Shown here: in pieces, positions 58,614-64,000 of the stretch
Numbering within the stretch: position 1 is the first letter of the stretch
How the letters are laid out: each line of letters opens with the position of its first letter
Assembly: GCA_963717505.1 (NCBI GenBank)
Contig: OY970342.1
Coordinates: forward strand, 2,560,001-2,624,000
DNA length: 64,000 bases
Direction: 5' to 3'
From: Candidatus Eiseniibacteriota bacterium
Lineage (GTDB): Bacteria; Eisenbacteria; RBG-16-71-46
Position numbers and translations under genes: made by a program
Notes under the pieces: generated by a model
Seen by the model: the letters and a program-made list of their open reading frames with translations, nothing else
What the model was told of the DNA's origin: nothing
Database searches by the model: none

Positions 58614-60034
58614 GCCCCCAGAACGATCCAGTCCGCGAGTCCGGGCCGTTCGACCTGGTCGTGATCGGCTCCGGCCCCGGGGGCTACGTCGCCGCGATCC
58701 GCGCGGCGCAGCTCGGGCTGCTCGACCGCCTGCGTCGAGAAGCTATCCGTCGCTCGGCGGCACCTGCCTCAACGTCGGCTGCATTCCGAGCAAGGCGCTG
58801 CTCGACTCGAGCGAGCACTTCGCGCACGCGCGCCACGGACTCGCGGCCCACGGCGTCAAAGCCACGGTCGAGCTCGACCTGGCGCGCATGATGGCGCGCA
58901 AGGACGAAGTGGTGCGGGACCTGACCCGCGGGGTCGAAGGCTTGTTCCGCAAGCACGGAGTCACCTGGCTTCGCGGCAACGCGCGGATCGCGGCGGCCGG
59001 CCAGGTCGAGGTCACGGGCGCCGAGGGGGCTCGGACGCATTCCACGCGACGCATCCTGATCGCCACCGGGAGCAAGCCGATCGCCCTGCCGGGAATCGCG
59101 TACGACGATCGGCGGATCGTGCACTCGACCGACGCGCTCGCGCTGCCCGAGGTGCCGCCGCGGCTCGCTGGTCATCGGCGCCGGCGCGATCGGGCTCGAG
59201 CTGGGCTCGGTGTGGCTGCGGCTCGGCAGCGAGGTGACCGTCTACGAGCTGGCCGATCGCATCGTGCCCGGAATGGATGCCGCTTCGGGCAAGATCCTCC
59301 ACCGAGTGCTGGCGAAACAGGGCATGAAGTTCGTGCTGGGCGCCGCGGCGAAAGGCGCGAGGGACGCAGGCAGGGTCGTCCGCTTCACCTACGAGCAGGG
59401 GGGTGCGGCGCACGAGGTCGAGGCCGACGTCCTGCTGGTCGCGGTCGGTCGCCGGCCGTACACCGACGGCCTGGGCGCCGCCGAGGTCGGGGTTGCGTTC
59501 GACGAACGCGGCCGGGTCCGCGTCGACGAGCACTATCGCACCAGCGTTCCCGGGATCTGCGCGATCGGCGACGTCATCGCCGGCCCGATGCTGGCGCACA
59601 AGGCCGAGGAGGAAGGCATCGCCGCGGTCGAGCGCATGGCGGGCCAAGCCGGGCACGTCGCCTACGAATGCATCCCCAACGTCGTCTACACGTGGCCGGA
59701 GTTCGCGAGCGTGGGATGGTCGGCCGAGCAGGCGCGCGAGCGCGGGCACACGGTGACGGTCGGGATCTTTCCGTTCGCGGCCAACGGTCGCGCGCGGGCG
59801 ATGGAAGAGAAGGATGGACAGGTGTCGATCGTGGCCGACGCCGCCACCGACCGCATTCTGGGCGCCCACATCGTCGGGCCGCGCGCGAGCGACCTGATCG
59901 CCGAATTGGCGGTGGCCATGGAGTTCGGCGCGAGCGCCGAGGACATCGCCCGCTCGGTGCACGCGCACCCGACTTTGGCCGAAGCCGTGAAGGAGGCGGC
60001 GCTGGCGGTGGCCAAGCGCACGATTCATGTCTGA
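58610..60034 (+). CDS. lpdA: Dihydrolipoamide dehydrogenase E3 (3 frameshifts)
   Basis: [48 protein letters not shown]; shifts near 58721, 58743 and 59167. Confidence 0.88.
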
Positions 60035-60953
60035 CCGTTTCGTGTTGACGCTGGGTGGCTGGACCGTTCGCGCGGTCGAGACCGGGTACCTATGGCTCGA
60101 CGGCGGCTCGATGTTCGGCTCGGTGCCGAAGCCCCTGTGGAGCCGCGTGCATCCGGCCGACGCGCGCAACCGCATCCGTCTCGCCATGCGTTGCCTGCTG
60201 GCCGAGGGTCACGGGCGCCGCGTGCTGGTCGATGACGGGATTGGGGACAAACTCACCCCCAAGCTGGTGGACATCTACGGAGTGGAATCCGCTCCGACGC
60301 TCGAACAGTCGCTGGTGGCTCTCGGTCTCGAAACCGCCGACATCACCGACGTCGTGCTCACGCACCTGCACTTCGACCATGCCGGCGGCTCGACCCGCGC
60401 CGAGGGCGGCCGGCTGGTCCCGCGCCTTCCGCGCGCCCGCTACCACGTCCAGCGCCGGAACTGGGAGAACGCGTTGCGGCCGAATCCCAGGGAGCGCGCC
60501 TCCTATATGGTCGAGAACTTCGTTCCTCTCGACGAGGCCTCAGTCCTGAAGCTGTCGGAAGGAACGAATTCCCCCTGGCCGGGCTTCGACCTGGTGCTCG
60601 CCGATGGCCACACACGCGGCCAGCAGTTGCCGCGCATCTCTGGCCCCGAAGGTGCGGTCTACTTCGTCGCCGACCTGATTCCGACCGCGGCTCACGTCCG
60701 GATTCCCTTCGTCATGGGTTACGACATTGCCGCGATCGAAACCATGACCGAGAAACGCGCCTTGCTCGAGCGGGCGGTGGCCGAGGGCGCGTGGATCTGC
60801 CTCGAACACGATCCAGTCCACGCCTGGGGGCGGCCTCGGGCCGAGGGCGAGGACTTTGGCTGGGCGGAGCTGGTGGCGAGTGACGCCCCAACCGCCGGCT
60901 ACGGTGTTCCGTCCGCCGCTGGCGTCGAAGCTCGAGCCGGGAGCGCGCGCTGA
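60027..60953 (+). CDS. MBL-fold metallo-hydrolase
   Basis: LDGGSMFGSVPK, THLHFDHAGG, GHT, ADL, MGYD, EHD. Confidence 0.9.
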   Translation: MSDRFVLTLGGWTVRAVETGYLWLDGGSMFGSVPKPLWSRVHPADARNRIRLAMRCLLAEGHGRRVLVDDGIGDKLTPKLVDIYGVESAPTLEQSLVALGLETADITDVVLTHLHFDHAGGSTRAEGGRLVPRLPRARYHVQRRNWENALRPNPRERASYMVENFVPLDEASVLKLSEGTNSPWPGFDLVLADGHTRGQQLPRISGPEGAVYFVADLIPTAAHVRIPFVMGYDIAAIETMTEKRALLERAVAEGAWICLEHDPVHAWGRPRAEGEDFGWAELVASDAPTAGYGVPSAAGVEARAGSAR

Positions 60954-61612
60954 TGCTGCACGAACTGTTCGCGCTCTGGTTTCGCCTGACGCTCGAGTGG
61001 GGTTACGCCGGGGTCTTCGCGCTGATGGCGGTCGAATCGACCGTGTTTCCCTTGCCGAGCGAAGTGGTCATTCCGCCGGCGGCCTATTGGGCCGGCCAGG
61101 GCAAGCTCAACTTCTGGGGCGTGGTGGTCGCGGCCACCCTCGGGTCGTGGGCGGGATCGGCGGTGTCGTACGGCGTGGCTGCGTGGCTCGGCCGCCCGCT
61201 GATTCTCAAGTACGGCAAGTACGTGTTCGTGCCCGAGCGCAAATGGCTGCTGGCCGAACGCTGGATTCACCGCTACTCCGCGGCCGGGATCTTCTTCGCG
61301 CGCCTCTTGCCGGTGGTCCGGCACCTGGTGTCGCTGCCGGCGGGGGCGGCCCGCATGCCGTTCGCGACCTTCAGCGCCATGACGCTGCTCGGCTCGTTCG
61401 TCTGGAGCTGGGTGCTGGCCTGGTTCGGCGCCCGCGTCTTGGCGGATCAGCCTCGGTTGCTCGAGGACCCGGAAGCAATGGTCCACGTGCTCAAGGACAA
61501 GCTGCTGTGGTTCGCCGCCGCCGCCGCGATCCTGCTCGCGCTCTACATCTTCGTCGACCTGATGGGGCGCAAGCTCAGGCGCGAGGGCCAGGGCCCCAAC
61601 ATCGAGGCCTAG
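60953..61612 (+). CDS. DedA family membrane protein
   Basis: MAVESTVFPLPSEVV, FFARLLPVVRHLVSLPAG. Confidence 0.9.
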   Translation: MLHELFALWFRLTLEWGYAGVFALMAVESTVFPLPSEVVIPPAAYWAGQGKLNFWGVVVAATLGSWAGSAVSYGVAAWLGRPLILKYGKYVFVPERKWLLAERWIHRYSAAGIFFARLLPVVRHLVSLPAGAARMPFATFSAMTLLGSFVWSWVLAWFGARVLADQPRLLEDPEAMVHVLKDKLLWFAAAAAILLALYIFVDLMGRKLRREGQGPNIEA

Positions 61613-61621
61613 CCGAGCGCC

Positions 61622-62230
61622 TCACCACAAGTAGACATGCAGGCCGACCTCGGTCAGGTTGCCGCCGCGCGTCGTGAGCACGTTGGTCACGTCTTCCTCG
61701 CTGTCGAAGGTTCCGTCGCTATCGTCGTCGAGCTTCAACGTCTCTTTCTGATAGGCGATGCCATAGCTGGCGGAGAGGCTGACGTTGGCGACCAGGAACA
61801 GCTCGACCTCGAAGTCGAGCGCAGCGGTCCACGACGTGCGCTCCCCGAGGGCGCCGATGCCGAGGAAGAAGGTCTCGGCATCGTCCTCGGAGCGGTAGAC
61901 GAAGCCCGGGCGGGCGATACAGTGCACGCGCGACCACTGCTTGAGGCAGATCGGCGCGCCGACGTCGACCGTCCAGGTCACGAGCGTGCCTTCGATGTCC
62001 TGGCCGCTGTTCAAGTCGAGGGTGACAGCCTTCTCGGACGAGAACCCGAACCCGGCGTCGACGCCGAACATCGGGCTGATCCACCAGCGCACGCCGATCG
62101 GGGCCTGGATCGAGCGGAAGCCGAGTCCGATGGTCGCGGGGGCCGGGTCGTCGGCCGCGAGTGCAGAGGTGGCCGGCGCGAGAGCTGCGGCGACCAAGAA
62201 CGCCATCCTCCAACGAAAGCTGCGAAGCAT
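61622..62230 (-). CDS. Outer-membrane beta-barrel protein
   Basis: GGAGG RBS, signal peptide, alternating amphipathic strands, aromatic C-terminus VGLHVYLW. Confidence 0.75.
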   Translation of the reverse strand: MLRSFRWRMAFLVAAALAPATSALAADDPAPATIGLGFRSIQAPIGVRWWISPMFGVDAGFGFSSEKAVTLDLNSGQDIEGTLVTWTVDVGAPICLKQWSRVHCIARPGFVYRSEDDAETFFLGIGALGERTSWTAALDFEVELFLVANVSLSASYGIAYQKETLKLDDDSDGTFDSEEDVTNVLTTRGGNLTEVGLHVYLW

Positions 62231-62276
62231 GAATCCTCCCTCGACAAAGGTGTGCGCGCGGCGCGAATCGGCCCGC

Positions 62277-62360
62277 ATCGTTCGCGGTGACGCCAGGCAT
62301 GTCAAGTGAGTGGTCCCCGGCGACTTTCTGCTTGACGGCGGAACCCGTCGTGTCGATAGT
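62277..62360. promoter_or_regulatory. Back-to-back divergent sigma70-type promoters
   Basis: Minus: TTGACA-N17-AACGAT (62305-62277). Plus: TTGACG-N17-GATAGT (62332-62360). Confidence 0.5.
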
Positions 62361-62659
62361 CGGTTCACGGCCGAGCGTTGGGCGCCATCCTCCGGCGCCG
62401 TGTGCATGCCGCCGGCAACCCACTCCTCCTTAAGAACGGCATTCGCCTCGCCCGACTTCATGCCTGCCGTTCCATCCGACCAGAATTGCGACCGGGTTCG
62501 ATTTCGTCCGACCGGGAGGCTCCGGAGATGTGCGGTTTCACCGGGGTCGACGTTGGAACGTTTGTGCGCTCAGCGCGCAAACGGGCCTCGCCCGAATCCT
62601 GACGACCTGTTCGCCGGCGGGGCCCGAGTTCGGTTCCAGGTCGAGGAAGCAGGTGGGCA

Positions 62660-64000
62660 ATGTCGAGGATCGGAATCATCGCGACCCTGGCCGCTCTGGC
62701 GGGCGGCATCCCCCTCGAGTCCGCACACGGAGTCACCGCCCCAACGCCGACCGGATCGATCGTGGGGCGCGTGGTCGAGCAGAATCGAACGCCGGTGCCC
62801 TACGCGAGCGTCACGGTGCGCACGCTGGGTCGGGGCGTGGCAACCGACGAGGCCGGGCGGTTCGTTCTCTCCGGGGTTCCTCCGGGGAGCCATGTCGTCC
62901 ACGTGCAGCAAACCGGATTCGAGAGCGAGGGGGTGGAGGTCGTGGTCCGCGCCGGCGAGGCCGCGGCCCTCACGGTCATTCTCGAGCCTCGGGTCACCGA
63001 GGTGCCCGAGATCGAGGTCGTCGGGCGCAAGCCGATCGACGTCAAGACTTCGCAGACCACTCAGGTCATGCCGGGCGCCAGGCTGCAGGAACTTCCGGTC
63101 GAGGGCCTGATGGATGCCGTCGGAACCATGGCTGGTGTCGTGGTGCGCGGCGAGGACGTGCACGTCCGCGGTGGCCGGCCGGACGAGGTGAAGGTGCGTA
63201 TCGATGGCGCCGAGGCCTCGGATCCTCTGCTCGACCGCAATGCCACGGTCGCGACTCTGGCAGTCGAGAACTTCGAACTGATCTCCGGAGGCTTCGACGC
63301 CGAGCACGGCAACGCGCTGTCCGCCATCGTGAACGTGACGACGCGGGAAGGCGGCGAACGCTTCGGCGGCACCGTACGCTGGGACACCGATCGGTACGGG
63401 GATCCGACCAAGACCTTCGACAACTACGACCGTTTCACGTTCGGATTCGGAGGGCCCACGCCGGTTCGCAATCTGACCTACTTCGCGACCTACGAGGGCA
63501 CGTTCCAGGACACGTACCTGCCTTCGTCGTGGACCCAGCCATCGGCGACCCTCGTCGATTTCATTTCGACCGGCAACCGGCAATCGAACGCCATCAACAC
63601 CAACTTGAAGCTCGCCTACCGGGCCGACTCCAGAAACAAGTTGACGTTCGAGGCGATCCGCAACCGAACGATCGTGACTCCCTACGACCACATGTGGAGC
63701 CGGAAGGGCTACGTGCAGGTGGCGCTCGATACCCTGCGCCGGGAGGGATTCCCCGATCAGTATCGGCCCGTCTACGGCGCCTGGTCGGCGACCGCGATCG
63801 ACAGCACCTACCAGCCGATGAACATGCCCGACCACGTGCCGACCACCGACGACGCCTACCGCCAACTCTCGGCCTCGTGGACCCATCAGGCTTCGAAGCA
63901 CACCGTGCTGACCACGCGTCTGTCGGCCATCCAGTTCGAGACCCTGCAGTCGATCGGCCGCAAACAGCCGTGGGAGTTCGACACTCAGAGCCCACAGTTT
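62660..64000 (+). CDS. TonB-dependent receptor with N-terminal carboxypeptidase-regulatory-like domain (runs off the window)
   Basis: Absent from the ORF track because it has no stop in the window. Reads MSRIGIIATLAALAGG...GSIVGRVVE...GVATDEAGRF..., plug HVRGGRPDE...IDG, GGFDAEHGNALSAIVNVTTREG. Confidence 0.85.
   Translation, partial: MSRIGIIATLAALAGGIPLESAHGVTAPTPTGSIVGRVVEQNRTPVPYASVTVRTLGRGVATDEAGRFVLSGVPPGSHVVHVQQTGFESEGVEVVVRAGEAAALTVILEPRVTEVPEIEVVGRKPIDVKTSQTTQVMPGARLQELPVEGLMDAVGTMAGVVVRGEDVHVRGGRPDEVKVRIDGAEASDPLLDRNATVATLAVENFELISGGFDAEHGNALSAIVNVTTREGGERFGGTVRWDTDRYGDPTKTFDNYDRFTFGFGGPTPVRNLTYFATYEGTFQDTYLPSSWTQPSATLVDFISTGNRQSNAINTNLKLAYRADSRNKLTFEAIRNRTIVTPYDHMWSRKGYVQVALDTLRREGFPDQYRPVYGAWSATAIDSTYQPMNMPDHVPTTDDAYRQLSASWTHQASKHTVLTTRLSAIQFETLQSIGRKQPWEFDTQSPQF

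Noticed and set aside
54494-60034. Programmed ribosomal frameshifting or phase variation in sucAB-lpdA
   Set aside because: Too many sites, no slippery heptamers or long homopolymers, and mixed directions.

Overview
High-GC bacterial chromosomal segment. FlgD-Ig-tailed secreted proteins, a C-terminal TWGxxKxxYR motif, TonB receptors and alternative complex III suggest an FCB-affiliated diderm such as Ca. Eisenbacteria (inference). In order, it holds a PAS/coiled-coil hybrid histidine kinase with a degenerate ATPase domain, fumC, a glk-tkt-VOC-tal-pgi operon, and a CysM/Mec/ubiquitin-like-MoeB-rhodanese sulfur-relay operon. Next come a full actABCDEF operon, tRNA-Leu(TAA), an ECF sigma/anti-sigma/TPR-CHAT protease module, an ATP-grasp/NfuA/radical SAM operon, and an ergothioneine locus (egtB/egtD converging on a betaine-type ABC transporter and a TonB receptor). 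The window ends with mscL, csp, a sucA-sucB-lpdA cluster broken by about ten small indels (probably assembly errors), an MBL hydrolase, DedA and outer-membrane proteins. The top hidden signal is that the radical SAM gene does not appear to stop at TGA 39756-39758. It reads on as WYC-U-AEP with a SECIS-like hairpin, i.e. a C-terminal Cys-Sec selenoprotein in an uncharacterised biosynthetic operon. No CRISPR array, rRNA, integrase or intact IS was seen. All family assignments are from motif recognition, not database searches.
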